64,000 nt of DNA from Clostridiales bacterium (GTDB lineage Bacteria > Bacillota > Clostridia > Christensenellales > Christensenellaceae), in NCBI GenBank assembly GCA_015056045.1, contig SVGZ01000007.1, positions 10,866 through 74,865 of the forward strand. Direction: 5' to 3'. Under the pieces are notes generated by a model, which was given only the letters and a program-made list of their open reading frames with translations, was not told the DNA's origin and did no database searches. Positions within the stretch are counted from its first letter, which is position 1, and every line of letters begins with the position of its first letter. The position numbers and the translations under genes are program-made. This document shows positions 54,754-63,202 of this stretch, piece after piece.

Positions 54754-55115
54754 TGTTCTTTATTTTCGGGATCAATAACGAAGAAAAAAATACAGATATA
54801 AGTTGGCAAGCCGTCTGTCCAATATGCGGGCGGCTTTCCCGTGTTTTCCTTGTGGAAAGCTATATGGTCTTTTCACTTTTCTTTATTCCGCTTATCAAAT
54901 GGAACAGGCGATACCGTTTGCAGATGCAATGCTGCGGCGGAGTATCCGAAATTGATAAAGCTCTGGCCGAAAGCCTGAAAAAACATGAGATAGAAAAAAT
55001 TGATATTGAGAATTTGATTTTTAACGGCGGAAGAAGAGAAAAACGCTGCAGAAACTGCGGTGCTTTTGTGCAGGATGATTTTGCGTTCTGCCCGAAATGC
55101 GGTTCTGCTTTATAA
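54753..55115 (+). CDS. Zinc-ribbon membrane protein
   Basis: CPICG...CCGG and CRNCG...CPKCG motifs flank one hydrophobic segment. 1-nt overlap with the upstream stop. Confidence 0.6.
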   Translation: MFFIFGINNEEKNTDISWQAVCPICGRLSRVFLVESYMVFSLFFIPLIKWNRRYRLQMQCCGGVSEIDKALAESLKKHEIEKIDIENLIFNGGRREKRCRNCGAFVQDDFAFCPKCGSAL

Positions 55116-55130
55116 ATTTTGGAGGAAATT

Positions 55131-55817
55131 ATGATCGGCATAATTGGCGCAATGAATATAGAAGTTGAGGCGCTTCGCGAATCTATGACGGATCTTATCA
55201 GCGAAAAAGTCGGCAATATCGTTTTCAGCAGAGGCAGGATCTTTGGCAAAGAGGTCGTTACGGCTGTCTGTGGTGAAGGCAAGGTCGCTTCGGCTGTCTG
55301 TACAGAAGCCATGATCTTAAAATATTCGCCCGATGTTATCATCAATACAGGTGTTGGCGGTGCCTTAAACAGCAAGCTCCGTGTTGGCGATATCGTGATT
55401 GCGGAAAAACTCGTTCAGCATGACTTCGATATTTCTCCTTTGGGCTATGACAAGGGCTATATTCCCGAGCTGAAAGGGATTTTCATGGAAAGCGACAAGA
55501 GAGTCTGCGATATTATCGAATCTTCTGCAAAAGAAGCCGGTTTCCCCTATATGCGCGGTAAAGTGGCAACAGGCGACCGATTCATCAGCTCCAAGGCAGA
55601 TAAAGCTTCCATTGTCGGGGCTTTTGGTGCGGATGTATGCGAAATGGAAGGCGGAAGTATTGCACAGGTCTGCACATCCTGGCATATTCCGTTCTGTGTA
55701 CTTCGTGCGATCAGCGATAATGCAGATGGCGATGCTAAGGTCAGCTTCAATGAATTTGTCAATGATGCGGCAAAGAAAGCAATTTTTGTTTTAAAAGGCT
55801 TTATTCACGAATATTAA
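55131..55817 (+). CDS. mtnN: 5'-methylthioadenosine/S-adenosylhomocysteine nucleosidase
   Basis: MIGIIGAMNIEVE, GVGGAL, the CEMEG motif and AISD. ATG follows GGAGGAAATT. Confidence 0.93.
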   Translation: MIGIIGAMNIEVEALRESMTDLISEKVGNIVFSRGRIFGKEVVTAVCGEGKVASAVCTEAMILKYSPDVIINTGVGGALNSKLRVGDIVIAEKLVQHDFDISPLGYDKGYIPELKGIFMESDKRVCDIIESSAKEAGFPYMRGKVATGDRFISSKADKASIVGAFGADVCEMEGGSIAQVCTSWHIPFCVLRAISDNADGDAKVSFNEFVNDAAKKAIFVLKGFIHEY

Positions 55818-55821
55818 AAAT

Positions 55822-55851
55822 AAACGCAGGATCTTGTGTCCTGCGTTTTTC
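55822..55851. terminator. Bidirectional intrinsic terminator
   Basis: AAACGCAGGA-7 nt-TCCTGCGTTT with T-rich flanks on both strands. Confidence 0.8.
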
Positions 55852-56037
55852 TTATTTCAGTCTGTGGCTGATGAGCTGACGCATACCGTTTAAGGTAACG
55901 ATGTTGGATGCTCTGTGCAGTATTTCGCTTTTCGCTGCCGTAGTCAAAGTATCAAATTTTTCCTTTGCAAGCGGGTTTTCATGTAAAAGCATATAAAATG
56001 CCTGCGTTTTTTCGCTCAAAAAAATCACCTCCGACAT
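55852..56037 (-). CDS. Small hypothetical protein
   Basis: 61-aa ORF. An internal TTG preceded by GGAGGTG would give a 55-aa product. No family recognised. Confidence 0.4.
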   Translation of the reverse strand: MSEVIFLSEKTQAFYMLLHENPLAKEKFDTLTTAAKSEILHRASNIVTLNGMRQLISHRLK

Positions 56038-56090
56038 TTAGTATGTTCGGAGGCGCTTTTTATAGTACGGAAAGATTTTCAAATCAAATT

Positions 56091-57131
56091 TTAGCAAAAA
56101 ACGATGTTTGTCGGAACCGGAATATCCATGGAAATGCCCATCGGCTCGGGCATGCCTGTGCGGTGGTTCATCTTGTGCAGGTAAATTTTTCCTTCAAACA
56201 TGCTGGCAACGAGCATATATTCTTCATCCGGCGTAAAGGAGAAGTCACGGCTGTATCCAACGCCTGTGCGGACAAAACCGATCCTCTCGAACGATTCGCC
56301 GTTATTTGTGATTTCAAAAACTGCGATATTATCATATCCGCGGTTGGTTACGTAGAGATATTTACCGTCTTTTGTCGTTTTGATCGCCGCTGTCGAATTC
56401 TGCTTTTTCTCTTCTTCAAGCGTAGATGCACAGCAGAGCTCTTTCATATTGCCGTTTTCATCGATCTGCATGACGTGTACTTTGCTGCCGTATTCTGCCA
56501 GAACATAGTACAAATCATCGCGGAAAGGACAGTCTGTGATAAATCGGGTAGCTTCGCCGCGTTCAAACTGATATTCCGTTTTTAAAACAAGTTTTTCGTT
56601 TTCAACGGCAAAGGTCGTGAGTCTGTCGCCGGAATAATCCGTAATGGCGATCAGATCGCTGTTTTTTAACGGGTAAACGCAATGGCATCTGGGCGTTCCC
56701 TGACCGAAAGTGCCGTCGTTGCAGGCTGTTCCCGTTGTTTCAAATTGATAGCTGTCGAGAAGCTCTGTAACGGCACCGTTTTCATCAACGGCAAAAAGCT
56801 CCGCAACACCGTCAAAAAAGCTTGCACCGATCAGGTATTTTCCGTCTTTTGTAAGTGCGGCAAATGCCGGGCCATGATTGCCGGGTTTAATATCGCCTGT
56901 GAGCATCGGCTGCAAAGGTTTCAAAAGAGAGTAGGAAGATACACCGCCGGGTCCGTCGCTGTTTTCGTTGGCTGTGTAAAGAACCGTCATATCATGGTTC
57001 ATACTGAGCTGAGCAGGTCTGAATTCATGGGCAACACCGCCGATTTTTTCCATCTGCAGCGTTTCCGTATCGATGGAGCAGACGGAAAGTTCATTTTCAA
57101 AACTGCCGACATAAAAATAATATTTCATCAT
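56091..57131 (-). CDS. Lactonase, 7-bladed beta-propeller (6-phosphogluconolactonase/YbhE-like)
   Basis: 346 aa with repeated L(Y/F)(V/A).N....(I/V).(V/F) blades and the MKYYFYVGS N-terminus typical of this family. Confidence 0.65.
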   Translation of the reverse strand: MMKYYFYVGSFENELSVCSIDTETLQMEKIGGVAHEFRPAQLSMNHDMTVLYTANENSDGPGGVSSYSLLKPLQPMLTGDIKPGNHGPAFAALTKDGKYLIGASFFDGVAELFAVDENGAVTELLDSYQFETTGTACNDGTFGQGTPRCHCVYPLKNSDLIAITDYSGDRLTTFAVENEKLVLKTEYQFERGEATRFITDCPFRDDLYYVLAEYGSKVHVMQIDENGNMKELCCASTLEEEKKQNSTAAIKTTKDGKYLYVTNRGYDNIAVFEITNNGESFERIGFVRTGVGYSRDFSFTPDEEYMLVASMFEGKIYLHKMNHRTGMPEPMGISMDIPVPTNIVFC

Positions 57132-57138
57132 TCACCTT

Positions 57139-57165
57139 AAAAATAAAAGGGCGATAAACGCCCGG
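57139..57165 (-). terminator. Intrinsic terminator between two minus-strand genes
   Basis: Minus strand: GGGCG-UUUAU-CGCCC, followed by UUUUAUUUUU. Confidence 0.6.
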
Positions 57166-57170
57166 ATTTT

Positions 57171-57494
57171 TTAATTCATAAAAGCTTCACCGGAAATAAA
57201 ACCGTAAAGTGCCATCAGGACGAAAAGTGCGGAAGCGATCCCGAGTGTGATGAGTTTGTAATACCGTGTATTCCAGCCCGTGTGCCTTTCGAAGTAATTG
57301 GCTAAAAGAACCATGATAAGAAGCACGATGCAGAAGAAGAAGCTCATGATGCCTTCCGCAAACTGCATGGATACAAATACCGCTGCTAAAAGGATAACGC
57401 CGCTGATGATCGCTGCCGTAAGCTGCAGTTTTTTTCTTTCTTCCTGCGTTTTTTCTGCGCATTTTTCAAAAAAGATAGCAAGTTTTTCTTTCAT
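57171..57494 (-). CDS. Small membrane protein
   Basis: 107 aa from the ATG at 57494 (AAAGGGAA upstream). Three hydrophobic segments. Confidence 0.5.
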   Translation of the reverse strand: MKEKLAIFFEKCAEKTQEERKKLQLTAAIISGVILLAAVFVSMQFAEGIMSFFFCIVLLIMVLLANYFERHTGWNTRYYKLITLGIASALFVLMALYGFISGEAFMN

Positions 57495-57655
57495 AAGGAT
57501 ATTCCCTTTCTTACTGATGCCATCAATTATCGCACAAAATGCTTCAGGATGCCAGTATTTTATAATTTGAATTGTAAATAATCTTGGATAAATGATTTTC
57601 AACAATTTTTATATAAGAAAATTGTGTTTTTTTGCGAAAAACTTAACAAAAACTC

Positions 57656-57684
57656 TTGGCAAGAGACGCTTTATTTGATAAAAT
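57656..57684 (+). promoter_or_regulatory. Sigma-A-type promoter for the EF-G paralogue
   Basis: TTGGCA (57656-57661), 17-nt spacer, TAAAAT (57679-57684). Confidence 0.55.
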
Positions 57685-57749
57685 TAAGCTAATTGTTTTA
57701 ATATGAAATCAGGTTTTCTTATATAGACGACTTTATCGGGAGGAACCAA

Positions 57750-59834
57750 ATGAAAATTTACGATGCTGCACACATTAAAAATATTGCAATCGTAGGTCAC
57801 GGCAGTGAAGGTAAAACAACCCTCACAGAAACAATGCTCTTTAACGCAAAAGCTATCGACAGAAGAGGCCGCGTTGAAGATGGCAACACAACAACGGACT
57901 ATGATCCGGAAGAAACAAGAAGAGGTATTTCCATTTCTTCCGCACTCGCTCCGTTTGAATGGGGCGGTTATAAACTCAACATTATCGACGTACCCGGCTA
58001 CTTCGATTTCGTTGGCGAACAGACACAGGGTTATATCCTTGGCGACAGCGCTCTGATCCTCGTAAACGGCTTCTCCGGCGTTGCTGTAGGTGCTGAAAAA
58101 GCTTTCAAAGCCTGCAAAAAATCCGGCAAACCCATGATGATCGCAGTCAACCAGCTCGACAAAGAACATGCTGACTTTGCAAAAGTTCTTGAACAGATGC
58201 AGGAAAAATTCGGCTCTGCTGTAACACCTCTCCAGTATCCTATCCTCAAGAACAACGCTTTTGTTGGTTATGTTGATATTCTCGACAATAAAGCTTTTGA
58301 ATTTGCTAAAGATGGCTCCACAAAAGAATGTGACATCCCCGGCAACATCGAAGCTGAAGTTGAATCCATCCGCGAAGCTGTTATCGAAAATGCAGCTGCA
58401 AACGACGAAGAACTCATGGAAAAATTCTTCGAAGGCGAAGAACTCTCCAAGGAAGACATCTTAGGCGGTCTCCAGATCGGTATCGAAGCAGGCGACGTAG
58501 TTCCGGTATTCTGCATCTCCGCACTCCAGAACCTCGGCGTAAAAGAACTCACAGAAGCTCTCGTTGCATACATGCCCACAGCTGATAAGGCAATCGTTCC
58601 GCATGCTGTTGCTGACGGTACAGAAAACGATGTCGAAGTTAAGCTCGATGTAAACGCTCCCTTCGCTGCACAGGTCATCAAGACAATCGCTGACCCGTTC
58701 GTAGGCAAGATCTCCATCTTCAAAGTTTACTCCGGCAAACTTACAGCTGAAACAGCACTCTTCAATACAAACAGCCAGAAAGCTGAAAAGTTCAGCAATA
58801 TCACAACCATGCTCGGCAAAAAGCAGATCGCTCTTACCGAAATCCAGGCCGGTGATATCGGCGCTTTAGCAAAGCTCGCCAACACAACAACAGGCGATAC
58901 CCTTTGCGCAGCTTCCAACAAAGTTCTCTTCGATTCCATCTCCTTCGGTGATCCCTGCATCTCCCTCGCAGTTGGTGCAAAGAAACAGGGCGAAGAAGAA
59001 AAAGTATTCGCAGGTCTCCATAGACTCGAAGAAGAAGACCCGACATTCAGACTTACAACCGAAAAAGAAACAGGCGAACAGCTTGCAAACGGTATGGGCG
59101 AAATGCATCTTGAAGTTATCATGCAGAAACTCAAGAATAAGTTTGGCGTTGAAGCTACACTCGTTGACCCGAAAGTTCCTTACAGAGAAACCATCCGCAA
59201 GGTTGCAAGTGCAGAAGGCAGACATAAGAAACAGTCCGGCGGCGCTGGTCAGTTTGGTGTTGTTAATATCGAATTTTCTCCGATCCTCGATGGTTCCGCA
59301 GACTTCGAATTTGTTAACGCAATCGTCGGCGGCGTAGTTCCGAAGGAATTCATCCCTGCTGTTGAAAAAGGTCTCCGCGACTGCATCCAGCACGGCGTTC
59401 TCGCTGGTTACCCGATGGTTGGTATCCGTGCAAAGCTTTTCGACGGCAAATATCATCCGGTTGACTCCAAAGAAGTTGCATTCCGTTCCGCAGCAAGACT
59501 TTCCTACAAAGCAGCTTGCGCAAATGCAAACCCTGTCATGCTCGAACCTATCTGCAAAGCAGAAGTTCTCATTCCCGATGAATTCATGGGCGACATCATT
59601 GGTGACCTCAACAAGAGAAGAGGCCGTATCCTTGGTATGAACCCCGTTGAAGATGGTCAGGAAGTTGTTGCAGAAGTTCCGATGTCCGAAATGACAAAAT
59701 ATGCAACAGACCTTCGTTCCATGACACAGGCAAGAGGCTCCTTCAAACTTTCCTTCGAAAGATATGAAGAAATGCCGGCAAACCTTGCTCAGAAAGTCAT
59801 CGCTTCTTCCAAATTCGTTGATGAAGAAGAATAA
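57750..59834 (+). CDS. Elongation factor G paralogue (EF-G2 type)
   Basis: IAIVGHGSEGKTT G1, RRGRVEDGNTTTDYDPEE, DVPG G3. The five-domain length and N-terminus resemble Thermus EF-G-2 rather than canonical FusA. Confidence 0.88.
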   Translation: MKIYDAAHIKNIAIVGHGSEGKTTLTETMLFNAKAIDRRGRVEDGNTTTDYDPEETRRGISISSALAPFEWGGYKLNIIDVPGYFDFVGEQTQGYILGDSALILVNGFSGVAVGAEKAFKACKKSGKPMMIAVNQLDKEHADFAKVLEQMQEKFGSAVTPLQYPILKNNAFVGYVDILDNKAFEFAKDGSTKECDIPGNIEAEVESIREAVIENAAANDEELMEKFFEGEELSKEDILGGLQIGIEAGDVVPVFCISALQNLGVKELTEALVAYMPTADKAIVPHAVADGTENDVEVKLDVNAPFAAQVIKTIADPFVGKISIFKVYSGKLTAETALFNTNSQKAEKFSNITTMLGKKQIALTEIQAGDIGALAKLANTTTGDTLCAASNKVLFDSISFGDPCISLAVGAKKQGEEEKVFAGLHRLEEEDPTFRLTTEKETGEQLANGMGEMHLEVIMQKLKNKFGVEATLVDPKVPYRETIRKVASAEGRHKKQSGGAGQFGVVNIEFSPILDGSADFEFVNAIVGGVVPKEFIPAVEKGLRDCIQHGVLAGYPMVGIRAKLFDGKYHPVDSKEVAFRSAARLSYKAACANANPVMLEPICKAEVLIPDEFMGDIIGDLNKRRGRILGMNPVEDGQEVVAEVPMSEMTKYATDLRSMTQARGSFKLSFERYEEMPANLAQKVIASSKFVDEEE

Positions 59835-59848
59835 TCGATCAAAAACAG

Positions 59849-59880
59849 AAACCGACGCTTATGCGTCGGTTTTCTTTTTT
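59849..59880. terminator. Bidirectional intrinsic terminator
   Basis: AAACCGACGC-ttat-GCGTCGGTTT with T-runs on both strands. Confidence 0.85.
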
Positions 59881-60328
59881 AAGCATACATACCGTTTGCA
59901 GACATATAGTCATAAAGCTCTTTGCCGTGTTCCTGTTCTTCGGACTGAATATGATTCAGCATTTTGCGTGCATTTTCATCGCGAAATTCAAAGACACTTG
60001 TGTTATATACGGTAGAAACATACTTTTCTGTCCCTAAAAGATCCTGACAGATCGTTTTGTCGCATTCCTTTGCCGCATCGGTGCATCCGGACATGGTAAA
60101 GCTGGGCTTTTCTTTCTGGGATGCCATCGGAACAGGCGGAACGGTTCCTTTCAGCATTTCGTTGATCGTATCAAGATGATTCTGTTCTGCCGATGCGATA
60201 CGCTGCAGAAGCTGCTTTAACTGTTCATCACAGGCTTTTTCTGCGCTTTCGTTGTATTTCTTAATGCAAAGTTCTTCCTGACTTTTGAGTTCTTCAAGGT
60301 ACATGCTTTCTTTCTGTGTTAAAACCAT
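59879..60328 (-). CDS. Spore coat protein, CotF-like (two Coat_F repeats)
   Basis: Two ferritin-like repeats (E..L..K.Y...A......L...L......E..H). AAAGGAG SD. Confidence 0.65.
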   Translation of the reverse strand: MVLTQKESMYLEELKSQEELCIKKYNESAEKACDEQLKQLLQRIASAEQNHLDTINEMLKGTVPPVPMASQKEKPSFTMSGCTDAAKECDKTICQDLLGTEKYVSTVYNTSVFEFRDENARKMLNHIQSEEQEHGKELYDYMSANGMYA

Positions 60329-60393
60329 GATTTGCTCCTTTATTGGGTTTTATTGTTAAATATAGTTTTGACGATATTTCTTTTTATATTCAC

Positions 60394-60422
60394 TTGTTGG
60401 TAAAAAATGTTTATAGTATAAT
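60394..60422 (+). promoter_or_regulatory. Sigma-A-type promoter for the SDR pair
   Basis: TTGTTG (60394-60399), 17-nt spacer, TATAAT (60417-60422). Confidence 0.55.
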
Positions 60423-60450
60423 CAAGTTATCAAAAATCATAGGAGAGCAC

Positions 60451-61173
60451 ATGAAGACAGTTTTAATTACAGGTGCAGACAGAGGTATTGGGCTTTCTTT
60501 TGCAAGGGCTTTCGCAAAAAAAGGTTTCCATGTTTATGCCGGAAAGCACAACATGGAATATAATTTGCTTGAAAAAGCTGCTGCGGAATACCCGAATATC
60601 ACACCCATCATGCTAGAAGTAGCGGACGACGAAAGTATTAAAGAAGTTTACAAAGTCATCGAAGCAGAAGAAGGTCACCTCGATGTATTCGTTTCGAATG
60701 CGGCATATATGGGCGGTCCGAATTCTTCGGATATCAAGGGAGAAATGCCTATCGATTATGAACTTCTCGAATTATCTTTTGATGTCAATGCATTAAGCCC
60801 GCTCAAAATCGTTGAAATATTCCTTCCGCTTCTTGAAAAAGGCGAAATGAAGAGGCTTTGCTTCATTTCGAGCGAAGTTTCGAGTATTATCAATATGCGC
60901 AGGGATAGCGGTTTCCGCTATACAATGAGCAAATCGGCACTCAATATGTCGATCAGAATGCTGTATAATACGCTTTTTGATGAAGGTTATACTTTCCGTA
61001 TCTATCACCCGGGTTGGGTAAAGAGAGAATTCCCCGATGGCAGCTTTGCCGAATCCGGCAGATTATTGCCCGACCAGACGACAGAAGTCGCTATTGAAGA
61101 TTTCCTCAGCGAAAGACCCGATGAAATGCGTTTCGTTATGACAGACTGGCATGGAAAGGAATGGGTATTCTGA
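60451..61173 (+). CDS. Short-chain dehydrogenase/reductase (classical SDR)
   Basis: VLITGADRGIGLS cofactor motif, NAA, S...YTMSK catalytic YxxxK. ATG follows AGGAGAG. Confidence 0.88.
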   Translation: MKTVLITGADRGIGLSFARAFAKKGFHVYAGKHNMEYNLLEKAAAEYPNITPIMLEVADDESIKEVYKVIEAEEGHLDVFVSNAAYMGGPNSSDIKGEMPIDYELLELSFDVNALSPLKIVEIFLPLLEKGEMKRLCFISSEVSSIINMRRDSGFRYTMSKSALNMSIRMLYNTLFDEGYTFRIYHPGWVKREFPDGSFAESGRLLPDQTTEVAIEDFLSERPDEMRFVMTDWHGKEWVF

Positions 61174-61838
61174 TGAAAACAGTATTTTTGACCAATATAA
61201 AGAATGATTTTGACAGAGAGCTTGCTGCTGTTTTTGCGAAGAATAATTGGGAAGTCATCTTCGGCGAAGGTGATTCTCCTTGTGCAAAAAAAGCCGATCT
61301 GAAAAACAGAACCGAAAGCTTATCCCTGCAGTGTGAAAAGATCGATCTCTATATCGATACGACCTGTTTCCATGAAGAAAATGATACCAAAACCGTAAAA
61401 GAAGGAATCGACAGAGAGGTTATCCTTGCAAGCTTCCGTGAAAATTTCTTAAAACCCGTCTGGTATCTTGAAACAGTGCTTCCCTTAATGGAAAAAGCAG
61501 AGGCTGAACATGAAGATGATGCGGTAAAGAGGATAGTCTTTATCAATACAGCGGAATCTTCCGTTAACTGGAATATCAATACGAGCGGTTACGGTTATTC
61601 GATGGCAAGAGCAGCGCTCAATAATGCGACAAGCACTTTTGTCAATAAACTCCTTCCGCTTAGCTATACCTTCAGAATGTTTGACCCGATGTACGGAAAA
61701 GTTTCCGCAAAAGCTGCAGCCGGTGCATGTTATGGTTATGTGCTCCGCGGCCGATGCGATGATGATGGTGACCCGAGATGTCAGGATGAACGCAGGCTCG
61801 TCATCCGTGATGCTATGGCAAGGGAAATCCCGTGGTAA
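61173..61838 (+). CDS. Degenerate SDR-like paralogue (no Gly-rich cofactor motif, YxxxR instead of YxxxK)
   Basis: MKTVFLTNIKNDFD replaces TGxxxGxG, and YSMAR replaces YxxxK. TGATG overlap with the upstream SDR. Confidence 0.7.
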   Translation: MKTVFLTNIKNDFDRELAAVFAKNNWEVIFGEGDSPCAKKADLKNRTESLSLQCEKIDLYIDTTCFHEENDTKTVKEGIDREVILASFRENFLKPVWYLETVLPLMEKAEAEHEDDAVKRIVFINTAESSVNWNINTSGYGYSMARAALNNATSTFVNKLLPLSYTFRMFDPMYGKVSAKAAAGACYGYVLRGRCDDDGDPRCQDERRLVIRDAMAREIPW

Positions 61839-61845
61839 AAGAAGA

Positions 61846-61876
61846 AAAAGATCATGCAAAAGCATGGTCTTTTTAT
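61846..61876 (+). terminator. Intrinsic terminator after the SDR pair
   Basis: GATCATGC-aaaa-GCATGGTC (one G-U pair), followed by TTTTT. Confidence 0.65.
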
Positions 61877-61975
61877 ATTTGTGAATAAATCTGCTTTTTG
61901 TTTGATAATGAGCCCTGTTTTATGGTACTATTATAGTTGAACATATTTTCCGGTTTTTCCGGGAAAAGAGGTTTC

Positions 61976-63190
61976 ATGAACAGGAATAATAAAGACGATT
62001 TCATTGAGATCGATACCAAAAGAATAGATGAAAACGAGACAGATATTTTCGGTGAAACGAGCAGCAGATTCAGCAGATCCGAACCTCTTTTAATGGGCGA
62101 AAAATCGACGGAAAATGATCCGGAGCTCATGATAAATACGGAAACGCCTTTCTTTAACGAAGAGGATTGGATCGAAATTGAGGAAAATCGCCGAAAAAGA
62201 AGAGAAGCAAGATTAAAGAGAAAGAGGAATATCGAGATCTCTGAAAACGAAACGGCTGCGGATTTCTTTGCTGCGGAAAAAAACAGCAGAGTAACAACGG
62301 ATCCTTCCTATGAAGATGAAATACTCGACGAAAGCTATGATGATGAAGAAGAGCTTTCCGAAGAAGAATGGGAACAGGAAGAAGAACGCCTTCGCAATCT
62401 ATCCGAAAAGATCGATCGCAATGTAGCGGCAAGACAGCGTTTTTACCGTATTCTGATGCTTGTTATCGCCGCTGTTACGCTTGTTTTTATGGTCTTCACC
62501 TTCCTTCGTGCAGAGGTCATCACGGTTGAAGGCAACATCAACTATTCGCCTGAATACATCGTTGCCTTAGCGGAAGTCAAGCCAAAACAGCATCTTTTCA
62601 CGATCGACAGATCAGATATCGAAGAAAACATTATGCGTGATCCCTTTATCAGGCTTGCTTCAGTGCGATATTCTTTCCCCAACAAGCTCAGGATCAGAGT
62701 AAATGAGCGCATTCCGGTCGGTGCGATAAAGATCAGTGCGCAGTATATTATCGTAGATAAAGAGTGCAACGCATTGGCCGTTCTGGATTCGGCGGCAATG
62801 TTTGATGTGCCGGTAGTTAATGGTGTCGGTGTCACGTCGATCGAGCTTGGTTATCAGCTTCGTTCGGATGATGCCTATAAGCTTTCTGTTATGCAGCATA
62901 TTCTTTACGAATTGAGTCTGAATAATCTTACGGAAAGGACGAACATGGTCGAACTTTCGGATATCAATGATATTGTGCTGCATATGAAAAGCGGTATGCT
63001 GATCGAATATGGTCAAGGCGATAGGATCAATGAAAAAACGGCCTGGGCAAAAGCGATCCTGGATACATTGACAGAAGAGGGCATCAAAAAAGGAACGGTA
63101 GATGTTTCAACAGAAAATTCTGCCATTTATCGTGAACCGCAGGCTTCACAGGATGCGGAACCTTCCGCGACACCGATTCCCGAAGGCTAA
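61976..63190 (+). CDS. ftsQ: Cell division protein FtsQ/DivIB with long charged N-terminal extension
   Basis: About 165 aa of Glu/Arg/Lys-rich sequence, one TM (ILMLVIAAVTLVFMVF), then POTRA (VITVEGN...IRVNERIPVG) and the FtsQ beta domain. Confidence 0.8.
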   Translation: MNRNNKDDFIEIDTKRIDENETDIFGETSSRFSRSEPLLMGEKSTENDPELMINTETPFFNEEDWIEIEENRRKRREARLKRKRNIEISENETAADFFAAEKNSRVTTDPSYEDEILDESYDDEEELSEEEWEQEEERLRNLSEKIDRNVAARQRFYRILMLVIAAVTLVFMVFTFLRAEVITVEGNINYSPEYIVALAEVKPKQHLFTIDRSDIEENIMRDPFIRLASVRYSFPNKLRIRVNERIPVGAIKISAQYIIVDKECNALAVLDSAAMFDVPVVNGVGVTSIELGYQLRSDDAYKLSVMQHILYELSLNNLTERTNMVELSDINDIVLHMKSGMLIEYGQGDRINEKTAWAKAILDTLTEEGIKKGTVDVSTENSAIYREPQASQDAEPSATPIPEG

Positions 63191-63202
63191 GACAGGAGAT
63201 TT

